Source of the DNA: Parcubacteria group bacterium
Lineage (GTDB): Bacteria > Patescibacteriota > Patescibacteriia > UBA1558 > GWA2-36-10
Direction: 5' to 3'
DNA: 64,000 nt
NCBI GenBank assembly: GCA_003104935.1
Contig: PQAE01000012.1
Coordinates: 4,988-68,987 of the forward strand
How positions within the stretch are numbered: position 1 is the stretch's first letter; each line of letters opens with the position of its first letter. A program made the translations under genes and the position numbers. Below, one piece after another: positions 56,420 to 64,000 of this stretch. The notes under the pieces are model-generated. The model was given only the letters and a program-made list of their open reading frames with translations. It searched no databases and was not told where the DNA came from.

Positions 56420-57340
56420 CTAAATTATTAATTGAACTTCCTCCTGCAATTGCACCCCGTATTCATCCCTAATCTGCTGTTTGATAAAGCTAATCAAGGT
56501 GATGACATCGTCCGCCGTAGCCTGCCCGGTATTTACTATATAATTCGCGTGTTTTTCCGAGATCTGGGCACCGCCAATTGTCTTGCCCTTGAGGCCTAAA
56601 TGGTCAATGAGGTAGCCGGCCGGTATCTTCTGGAATTTTTCAAACTGTGTCGTATCTATACCTTTGGCCTGTAACTTGGTGACATCGACATCAGTCAGGT
56701 TTAAATTCTTGAAGATGCATCCGGCTGAAGGCTGATGGGGTTGGGTGTCTTGGCGATATTTCAAACGTTCGTCCACTAATTTCCTGGCCGCATCAATATC
56801 CCCTTTTTTAAACTCTAAATCCGCTTCCAGAATTAAATATTTTTTTTCCTTAAATATACTATGTCGATATTGAAACAGCGCTTCACTGGGCTTCATGCTC
56901 CGCAACTCGTACTTTTCATCCAAAAATCTGACTTCGGTCAGCACATCAGCCATAGACTGGCCATAGGTGCCGGCATTACCGCGGATCGCTCCCCCCACAG
57001 TGCCGGGGATGCCGGCCATAAACTCCAAGCCGACCAGATCCCTATCCAAAGTTTGATTTATCAAATAACTGACGACAACTCCGGCACCGGCAGTCGCAGT
57101 TTCACCCCTGATCTCCAATCTGTCTAAACCAAGCTTGATCACTAGACCGCGAAACCCCTGGTCGGAGATAACTATATTACTCCCTCCGCCAAGAGGCAAT
57201 ATATTTTGTTTATTCTCCTTGGCCCACTTGACCGCTTCCAAAACTTCGTCAATATTTTTTACCTCTATAAAATAATCCGTTGGTCCGCCGATCTGGAAAG
57301 TGGTGTATTTGCTTAGAGCTATATTTTTTTTAAATTTCAT
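56420..57340 (-). CDS. murB: UDP-N-acetylmuramate dehydrogenase
   Basis: TTFQIGG, GGGSN, GIPGTVGGA..NAG.YG, SAGC.FKN, S.KHAN. Confidence 0.96.
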   Translation of the reverse strand: MKFKKNIALSKYTTFQIGGPTDYFIEVKNIDEVLEAVKWAKENKQNILPLGGGSNIVISDQGFRGLVIKLGLDRLEIRGETATAGAGVVVSYLINQTLDRDLVGLEFMAGIPGTVGGAIRGNAGTYGQSMADVLTEVRFLDEKYELRSMKPSEALFQYRHSIFKEKKYLILEADLEFKKGDIDAARKLVDERLKYRQDTQPHQPSAGCIFKNLNLTDVDVTKLQAKGIDTTQFEKFQKIPAGYLIDHLGLKGKTIGGAQISEKHANYIVNTGQATADDVITLISFIKQQIRDEYGVQLQEEVQLII

Positions 57341-58110
57341 AAATTACATTTTATCCACCTAAAAACAATCTGATACAACTCCTCAATTTCATGATCGCGC
57401 TTAAAAGTATGATCTGCGCCTTTAACTATATGCCACTCTTTTTTACCGGACAAGGCATCAAAATATATTCTATTATTTTCGGTCAGGAAATCGTTTTCGC
57501 CTAGAACAAATAAAGTCGGGATTTTAATAACTGAAAGTTTTGGCCTGAGGTCATACTTAACCGTATCCGCTTCATATTGGTTCCATTTCAATTTCTTGAT
57601 CACCCCCGGTTTACTACTGCTGGGACGCACTTGATATCCCGTACGTCGCCACTCGGCAACTTCTTTATGGTCACGCGCCTCGATAGTCAACCGACCGGCT
57701 AAAACCGTACCCAGCGGTGCTAACATACTGACGTTGTCGGGATATTTTTCAGCATAATAAGATACACAAAAACCCCCTAAACTGTGCCCTACCAAAGCAA
57801 ATGGTTTCACAAACCACTTCTGCTGATCGGCCCAATTTATTACATCCTCCAAATCCTCATAATAGTTAGTAATATTGGCGTCCTCATAACTTCCTTCACT
57901 TTGACCAAGTGTATGGGTCGTATCAAAACGAACAACGTTAAAATTATTTTCATTAAAAGCTCTGGCGACGGCGGCAATATGTTTTTGTTCCTTAAACCCC
58001 CCTAAACCATGCATAATAAAAACCAAGCCTTTGGCATCTTCCACTATATTCAGCAATACCGCGATTTTTTTATTACCTCTATTTTTTATAAATATCTTCT
58101 CTGTTTTCAT
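57337..58110 (-). CDS. Alpha/beta hydrolase
   Basis: HGLGG, GHSLGG nucleophile elbow, G.ND, GADH. Confidence 0.9.
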   Translation of the reverse strand: MKTEKIFIKNRGNKKIAVLLNIVEDAKGLVFIMHGLGGFKEQKHIAAVARAFNENNFNVVRFDTTHTLGQSEGSYEDANITNYYEDLEDVINWADQQKWFVKPFALVGHSLGGFCVSYYAEKYPDNVSMLAPLGTVLAGRLTIEARDHKEVAEWRRTGYQVRPSSSKPGVIKKLKWNQYEADTVKYDLRPKLSVIKIPTLFVLGENDFLTENNRIYFDALSGKKEWHIVKGADHTFKRDHEIEELYQIVFRWIKCNL

Positions 58111-59474
58111 TTCACTATTTCTCTAGCCAAATTATCGATGTCCCCGGCACCAATGAATAATAATACAGAATTAACCGGATTGATATCTTTCAATATTGTT
58201 CTGACAGTCTTAAAATCAGGCGCATAGTACTTTTTGGCATGATTTATCTTGTCCACCAAATCCCGACTGCTGATGCTGTCCGTCTCAGCTTCATCGCGGC
58301 CACTGACTCCGTAAATCTCGGTAACTATGACCTGATCGGCCAGATAAAAACTCTGCGCAAATTCGTTTAGCAAGGTGCGAGTACGGTTGTGATGATGGGG
58401 CTGGAAAATGGCCATTATTTTCTTATCCGGATAAAAATCTTTGGCGGCTCGCAGTAATCCTTGGATGGAGTCGGGGTGATGGGCATAATCCGAAATGACA
58501 ATATTGGTCTTATGCTCCCCCACTTTTTCGAAACGCCGCCAGGTGCTCTTAAAGTCGTTAAGCGCGTTCCACAATTGGTGTTTATTTACCTTGAGAAAGT
58601 CGGCCACCGCCGCGGCGGCTACAGTATTATAGATATTATATTTGCCCGGCAGGTGTAATTCAATATCGGATAATAGCCTGGTCTTTTTATAAATCTTGAA
58701 TTTCTGAACGCCGTCGATAATCTTCACATCGCCAAAACGATAATCGGCGGCTGGATCAACACCGAAGGTTTTGAGCCGCCGCGGCGATTTTATGTCCGCG
58801 CTATTTTTATCATCAATGTTTTTTATCAGCAAACCGTTTTTTGGTAATTTGTCGGCAAATTTCTGAAAGTGATTTTGGATATCACGCAGGTCTTTGAAAT
58901 AATCCAGGTGATCTTCGGCCACGTTGGTTAAAACAATCACCTGGGGATTGATCTCCAGCATGTGCGCCTGCCATTCACAAGCCTCTACTACCAATATCTT
59001 TGATTTACCCAGACGGAAATTACTGCCCCACTGCGGCACTAGAGACCCCACGATGACAGTGGGATCTAATCCCGCTTTTTCCAAGATTAAGCCCAACATG
59101 GCTGTGGTTGTGGTCTTGCCGTTGGTGCCGGCCACCGCAATGGTCTGATACTCTTTACTCATCAGTCCTAAATATTGAAAATAACTATAGCAAGGTATGT
59201 TTAACTCTCGAGCGCGAACCAGCTCCGCGTGGGTTTCCGGTAGCGCGGAAGAGTAAAGAAATAAATCAATGTCCGGGGTAATATTTACAGCTTTTTGTTT
59301 AAAATTAATCAACAAGCCTTTATCCGACAACCGCTTCGTAACTTCTGAATGTTGCAAATCTGAACCCTTGACTTCCTTACCTAAGTCCAGGAAATAATAA
59401 GCTAGCGCGGACAGGCCAATACCGCCGATGCCGGCCAGGTAAACTTTCTTTATATTGTTTAAATCAATGGTCAT
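58107..59474 (-). CDS. murC: UDP-N-acetylmuramate--L-alanine ligase
   Basis: GIGGIGLS, AGTNGKTTTT, EACE, DHLD, DYAHHP, FQPH, GAGDI; start MTIDL at 59474. Confidence 0.96.
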   Translation of the reverse strand: MTIDLNNIKKVYLAGIGGIGLSALAYYFLDLGKEVKGSDLQHSEVTKRLSDKGLLINFKQKAVNITPDIDLFLYSSALPETHAELVRARELNIPCYSYFQYLGLMSKEYQTIAVAGTNGKTTTTAMLGLILEKAGLDPTVIVGSLVPQWGSNFRLGKSKILVVEACEWQAHMLEINPQVIVLTNVAEDHLDYFKDLRDIQNHFQKFADKLPKNGLLIKNIDDKNSADIKSPRRLKTFGVDPAADYRFGDVKIIDGVQKFKIYKKTRLLSDIELHLPGKYNIYNTVAAAAVADFLKVNKHQLWNALNDFKSTWRRFEKVGEHKTNIVISDYAHHPDSIQGLLRAAKDFYPDKKIMAIFQPHHHNRTRTLLNEFAQSFYLADQVIVTEIYGVSGRDEAETDSISSRDLVDKINHAKKYYAPDFKTVRTILKDINPVNSVLLFIGAGDIDNLAREIVK

Positions 59475-59488
59475 TTTCTCTGATCGCC

Positions 59489-59619
59489 CATTCCCGCCGA
59501 GCCTGAGGCGAGATGCGGGAATCCAGCAAACTAACACTATCCCTAATTGGCTGGATCCCCGGGTCTCCACCTACTCTGCCAGCTGGCGGATTCGGCGGAC
59601 AGGAAGCCCGAGGATGGAC
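59489..59619. repeat. Composite nested REP-like palindromic element downstream of the GIY-YIG gene
   Basis: attcccgc/gcgggaat, atccagc/gctggat, gccagctggc palindromes. Confidence 0.65.
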
Positions 59620-59630
59620 AAAATATTTGA

Positions 59631-59918
59631 TTAAAGATCGTAATACAAATCTTTCCAATAAGGGTTATCTTTCTCGATTAACTTTATTTTCCAACCCCTA
59701 TTCCACTTCTTTATCTGTTTTTCTCTCCATCGGGACGAATCTCTGTGTTCATATATTTCGAAATACACGAGTTTATCAACATTATACCTCTCTGTAAAAC
59801 CTTTCACTAATTTGTCCTTATGTTCATAAACTCTCTTTTCCAAGTCATCAGTAGATCCAATATAAATAGTACCGTTCCTCCGACTTGCTAAAATATAAAC
59901 ATAATACTGCTGATCCAT
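59631..59918 (-). CDS. Small GIY-YIG nuclease (UPF0213/YhbQ-like)
   Basis: YYVYILAS..NGT.YIG.T.DL.KRV.EHK, FT.RY.V..LVYFE, REKQIKKW.R.WK..LIE..NP.W.DL. Confidence 0.93.
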   Translation of the reverse strand: MDQQYYVYILASRRNGTIYIGSTDDLEKRVYEHKDKLVKGFTERYNVDKLVYFEIYEHRDSSRWREKQIKKWNRGWKIKLIEKDNPYWKDLYYDL

Positions 59919-59936
59919 CGCTTTTCTTCATAAAAG

Positions 59937-60959
59937 CTACTTATTTAGTACGCTGTCAATCAACTCCGCATATTTCTTCTGCCAATTTCTGGGAAAGATA
60001 TTATATAGATTTTGGCCTAATTCCAATCGCAATTTATCACTATCGGTCAGTTTTGACAAATAACGATTCATAATATGTTTAGAACCCTGCTTTACTACAT
60101 AGGCGGCGTTGTGCCGGGCAAAAAAGGCGGCATTTTTTTCCTGATGGCTGTCGGTAATGGGAATCAGAATCAAGGCCTTCTTTAAGGCCGCGGCTTCACT
60201 TATCAGCGACATGCCGGCACGGGAAATAATAATATCGGCCGTAGCCAAAAGCTCGCCCATCTGTTCGGTCACAAATTGATAAGGAAAATAATTCGGACAA
60301 TCCAGTCGCTGATCCCAGTTTTTCTCTCCCAAGATATGATGGACATCGTATTTCTGGCAAAGCTCGGGGATAAACTGACCGACAAAATTATTCATCCCCC
60401 GTGCTCCCAGACCGCCGCCGGTAATCAATATTCTCGGTCGCGCTACCGGCAACGTTTTGACAATTCGCACCGGATTACCGGTCACTACTACTTTAGATGT
60501 TTTAAAATATTTCGCCTGCTCCTTAAAGACGACGCTGATTTTTTCGGCCAAGGGCGCCATCATCTTATTGGACAAACCTATTTCCAAATCTTGCTGATGA
60601 ATCACCACTGGGATTTTTAAAAACCAGGCGGCTACGGCGACGGGCACAGCGACAAAACTACCGGCTGTCAGTATCAGATCGGGTCTAAACTTTTTTAAGA
60701 TATTTATGCCTTGTACTACCGCCACCAGAGCCTTAAAGGAATCTATAAAATTGCGTAAGGAAAAGTATCGGCGTAGCTTAGCGCTACTAATAGATTTAAA
60801 ATCTATTCCGGACGCGGCTACCGCTTCTCTTTCCGGACCAGTCGCTGTACCGACAAACAAATACTGGGCGGCATAATTCTGGGCAATGGCCAATAGCGGA
60901 CTGACCGATCCCATAGTGCCGCCGCCGGCCAAAATAATTTTTGGCTTAAATTCTGGCAT
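59937..60959 (-). CDS. murG: Undecaprenyl-PP-MurNAc-pentapeptide GlcNAc transferase
   Basis: GGGTMG...P, KLRRY, HQQD, TGNPVR, GGGLGA, SRAG, HQEKNA. Confidence 0.95.
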   Translation of the reverse strand: MPEFKPKIILAGGGTMGSVSPLLAIAQNYAAQYLFVGTATGPEREAVAASGIDFKSISSAKLRRYFSLRNFIDSFKALVAVVQGINILKKFRPDLILTAGSFVAVPVAVAAWFLKIPVVIHQQDLEIGLSNKMMAPLAEKISVVFKEQAKYFKTSKVVVTGNPVRIVKTLPVARPRILITGGGLGARGMNNFVGQFIPELCQKYDVHHILGEKNWDQRLDCPNYFPYQFVTEQMGELLATADIIISRAGMSLISEAAALKKALILIPITDSHQEKNAAFFARHNAAYVVKQGSKHIMNRYLSKLTDSDKLRLELGQNLYNIFPRNWQKKYAELIDSVLNK

Positions 60960-62112
60960 AACCGGTGTATTTGGAAATATTGGCCAGGATACCCATAGCC
61001 GCCAGACTGACCGCCAGATTTGACCCTCCCAGCGAAATAAATGTCAAAGGCACGCCGGTCATGGGCAATAAATTGGTCATGCCGGCGATATTGATAAATA
61101 TCTGAACCGCTAGCCAGACGGTGATGCCGATAGCAGTCAATTTGGCAAAATTATCCTCGGAATGCCGAGCAATTTTAAAACCGCGGAAAATAAGAATAAC
61201 AAACAATAACAAGAAAATTGCAGTAAAAACAAAGCCGATTTCCTCCGAAATTATCGGAAAAATAGAATCGTTGGCCGGCTGGGGCAAATACGATTTTTGG
61301 CGCGATGAACCTAGACCAACACCAAACCAACCGCCCGAACCGATGGCAATCAAAGACTGCTTAATCTGCCAGCCGGCACCTTGCGGATCTAAATCGGGAT
61401 GGAGCCAAACTAAAATTCGGCTCATCCGATAAGCGGCAAACTTAATCATCGTTACTAAAAAAATCGAGCCGGCAACTACGATAATCCCTAAATGCTTCCA
61501 TTTGGCGCCGGCCGCAAAATACATAGCTAAGGAAACCAAGACGATAATGCTCAAGGTGCCGATATCCGGCTGTAAAATAATCAACAGGCAGATCGTAGCC
61601 AATAAAAATATAAAAGGGAGAAAACCGGTAGACCAATCACCAACTTTTCGGCCCAGGCGATCACACCAACCAGCCAAAAATAAAATATAAAATAACTTGA
61701 CCAGCTCGCTGGGTTGAAATGAAAAATTTCCTAAAACAATCCAGGAGCGCGCCGTTCCATAATGATTCACAAAATTACTGATAAAAACCAAACCGAGTAA
61801 TGCCAGAGAACCGAGTAAAAAAAGCGGCGCCATCCGGCGGTACCAGTCAAAATTTATCCTAATGCAAATATAAAATAATATCGCCCCGATAAGCAATCCA
61901 TGAACTAGTTGTTGTTTAACATAAAAATAAGTATCGCCAAACTTATAAAAAGCCATAGTGGAAGAGGCCGATGACAAAAATAACAGACCCATGAAAAGTA
62001 GCACTCCCAAAATCACCAGGAGCACAAAGTCCGGCTGGTGCCCCTGCCCCCGCCGCGGTATAAATGGTTCTAGGAACCAGGAGATGATTTCGCTACGACG
62101 CTTTCTGACCAT
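60946..62112 (-). CDS. ftsW: Peptidoglycan polymerase FtsW (SEDS family)
   Basis: G.ARSW, FQPSEL.K, QPD.GT, GSGGW.G.GLG.S.QK, TGVPL.FIS.GGS; position in dcw cluster. Confidence 0.93.
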   Translation of the reverse strand: MVRKRRSEIISWFLEPFIPRRGQGHQPDFVLLVILGVLLFMGLLFLSSASSTMAFYKFGDTYFYVKQQLVHGLLIGAILFYICIRINFDWYRRMAPLFLLGSLALLGLVFISNFVNHYGTARSWIVLGNFSFQPSELVKLFYILFLAGWCDRLGRKVGDWSTGFLPFIFLLATICLLIILQPDIGTLSIIVLVSLAMYFAAGAKWKHLGIIVVAGSIFLVTMIKFAAYRMSRILVWLHPDLDPQGAGWQIKQSLIAIGSGGWFGVGLGSSRQKSYLPQPANDSIFPIISEEIGFVFTAIFLLLFVILIFRGFKIARHSEDNFAKLTAIGITVWLAVQIFINIAGMTNLLPMTGVPLTFISLGGSNLAVSLAAMGILANISKYTGYARI

Positions 62113-63502
62113 AATATAATTTTTCAAATTGCCGCGCCCGGTCAAATTCGTTGATAAACATATTGAAACTTGTCGCGGCCGGCGAAAACAAAATAATACT
62201 CTGATTTTTTACCGCCTCTGTCCAAGCCAACTGCCAGGCATTTCTCAAGGTCTTGACCGCAACTCTTAAATTGCCAGCGGGAAATGATAATCGGCGCAGC
62301 TCCCGTTGTAGTTTGATGCTACCCGTACCGTCTAATAAAACTAAAAATTTAACCTGCTTTTTTATCTGCCGAGCCAAGGCCCGGTAGTCCAGTTTCTTGT
62401 CCATACCGCCGGCGATCAATACCACGGATTTGTCAGCCAAGGCCTGCAAAGCGGCCAAGGCGGCATCCGGTGTCGTGGAAGTAGCGTCATTATAGACGGC
62501 GACATTTCTTTTTTTACCTAAGTACTCCAGGCGATATTTAATTCCGCAAAATTTACTAACCACCAAACTAATATTTTTGTTGCTAATCTTCATCAGCTTA
62601 GCCACCGTAATGGCCGCTAAAATGTTTGAAAGATTATGCGCGCCGATTAATTTTATTCTTTTTACCGGCATGACTAACTCCGTTTTGCTTTTGTCAAAAA
62701 AATAAATCTGCCCCTGCCGAACAAAAGTGCCGCGCACCTTATGCTCTAAAGAAAAAAAATAAAACCGCGACGATATTTTTTTGGAAAATTCTCGGGTATT
62801 TTTGTTGTCAAAATTTAAAACTGCGCAATCTCCGGACTTCTGATATTTAACCAGGGCAAACTTGGCACTGCGATATTCACTAAAATTTCTATATCTATTC
62901 AGGTGATCCTCTAAAACATTAGTAATGACAGCGATTGGCGGAGAAAAATGTTGCTCATCCAGAGATTCCAACTGCCAGCTGGACAGTTCCAATACTGGAA
63001 AGGAACGGGTGTTTAATTTATCGGCCACGGCCATCATGCCTTGCGTCGCGATATTGCCCGCCAAAACATGGCTTTTTATCTTGGTTTTTAGCAATTGATG
63101 GATCAGGGTACAGGTGGTAGATTTACCGCGCGTGCCGGTGACGCCGATAACCGGTCCCGGAAAAACGCTAAAAAACAAAGTAGCTTCATTGATGATCCGC
63201 GCTCCTGATTTTTTAGCCCGCGCCAAATAAGGCGAACTGTTGGGTACACCCGGATTTTTTATCACTACATCCTGACCGCAAAAATCCTGATAATCATGGC
63301 GCCCTAAAGTATATTTGATTTTTTTAGCGCCCGGTACTTTTTTTAATTTGCTTAAACTGGCGCGCAGTTGCACGGCTGTTTTTAGATCGGTAACAGTCAA
63401 TCGGGCGCCGTGGCGACAAAACCACTCGGCCACCGATAAACCGCCCTGATTAAGCCCCAGTCCCATGACCAGGACTTTTTTGCCGCGCCAGCTCTTTACC
63501 AT
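62093..63502 (-). CDS. murD: UDP-MurNAc-L-Ala--D-glutamate ligase
   Basis: GLGL..GG, NPGVP, VTGTRGKSTT, LELSSWQL, DHLNRY, ND...T, FSPA.TSF. Confidence 0.95.
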   Translation of the reverse strand: MVKSWRGKKVLVMGLGLNQGGLSVAEWFCRHGARLTVTDLKTAVQLRASLSKLKKVPGAKKIKYTLGRHDYQDFCGQDVVIKNPGVPNSSPYLARAKKSGARIINEATLFFSVFPGPVIGVTGTRGKSTTCTLIHQLLKTKIKSHVLAGNIATQGMMAVADKLNTRSFPVLELSSWQLESLDEQHFSPPIAVITNVLEDHLNRYRNFSEYRSAKFALVKYQKSGDCAVLNFDNKNTREFSKKISSRFYFFSLEHKVRGTFVRQGQIYFFDKSKTELVMPVKRIKLIGAHNLSNILAAITVAKLMKISNKNISLVVSKFCGIKYRLEYLGKKRNVAVYNDATSTTPDAALAALQALADKSVVLIAGGMDKKLDYRALARQIKKQVKFLVLLDGTGSIKLQRELRRLSFPAGNLRVAVKTLRNAWQLAWTEAVKNQSIILFSPAATSFNMFINEFDRARQFEKLYYGQKAS

Positions 63503-64000
63503 AAGCGCAGGTCAATGATAGCAATGATAAGTCCCAGGACCGCCATCACTCCGGAGATAATCCAAAAACGCATCACTACCTTAGTTTCCGGCCAGCCCTT
63601 AGCCTCAAAATGATGGTGGATAGGCGTGGACAAAAAAACTTTTTTCTTACGGATTTTTTTTGACATCATCTGAATCAACACTGACAACGATTCCAACATA
63701 AATAAAAATCCGACCACCAGAAGCAAAAGCGGATAACCGGTAAGCATGGCCACGATGCCCAAAGAAATCCCCAAGGACATAGCGCCGGTATCACCCATAA
63801 AAAAGCGGGCGGGATTGATATTAAACCACAGAAAAGATAAAAGTGTGCCGCAGATCACGCCACAAAAAGCGGCCAGATCAAAACGGCCCTGGAGAAAAGC
63901 GATAGTGCCAAAGGCGGCAAAAGAAGTCAGGCATAATCCCCCGGCCAGACCGTCCAGACCATCCGCTTCATTGACGGAAAAAGCCGTGCCGACTATCACG
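63496..64000 (-). CDS. mraY: Phospho-MurNAc-pentapeptide transferase (5' truncated by window)
   Basis: N..DGLDGL, FN..PA.FFMGDTG, ES.SV.IQ, PIHHHFE..GW.E. Confidence 0.96.
   Translation of the reverse strand, partial: VIVGTAFSVNEADGLDGLAGGLCLTSFAAFGTIAFLQGRFDLAAFCGVICGTLLSFLWFNINPARFFMGDTGAMSLGISLGIVAMLTGYPLLLLVVGFLFMLESLSVLIQMMSKKIRKKKVFLSTPIHHHFEAKGWPETKVVMRFWIISGVMAVLGLIIAIIDLRLW

Noticed and set aside
59475-59570. N-terminal extension of MurC and the 59464-59797 short ORFs
   Set aside because: Read-through across the palindromic repeat; MurC homology starts at 59474
822-63120. Numerous short antisense or overlapping ORFs in the ORF track (e.g. 7743-8243, 13019-13702, 44783-45244)
   Set aside because: Shadows of well-supported genes on another strand or frame

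Overview
Bacterial chromosome segment (genetic code 11). Gene content points to Patescibacteria/CPR, probably Parcubacteria: short AlaRS, archaeal-type AMP phosphorylase, TraD/VirD4-like ATPase with membrane partner, sigma-4/HARE-HTH protein and CPR-style palindromic repeats. This taxonomy is an inference. The left half (to ~35.2 kb) is mostly + strand: ddl, secDF, mnmA, alaS, hpf, secA, a Nudix/Maf cluster, pyrD, an S41 protease and gltX. The right half is almost entirely - strand: ftsQ-like, alr, serS, lysS, a glycosyltransferase/flippase cluster, the alpha operon with L13/S9, and the dcw cluster. At the strand switch, a Xer-type recombinase has a dif-like 11-6-11 palindrome abutting its own promoter, suggesting the replication terminus. 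The most novel-looking signal is a set of stand-alone units bounded by a sigma70 promoter and an intrinsic terminator. Four are putative structured ncRNAs (12.1-12.4, 35.2-35.6, 51.7-52.0 and 52.0-52.2 kb). The last two share a two-hairpin module with an invariant loop and six compensatory base-pair changes. The rest are orphan small proteins with strong Shine-Dalgarno sites. SecD carries an inserted, apparently circularly permuted parvulin domain, and RpoA lacks its CTD. All calls are by eye; no database searches were run.
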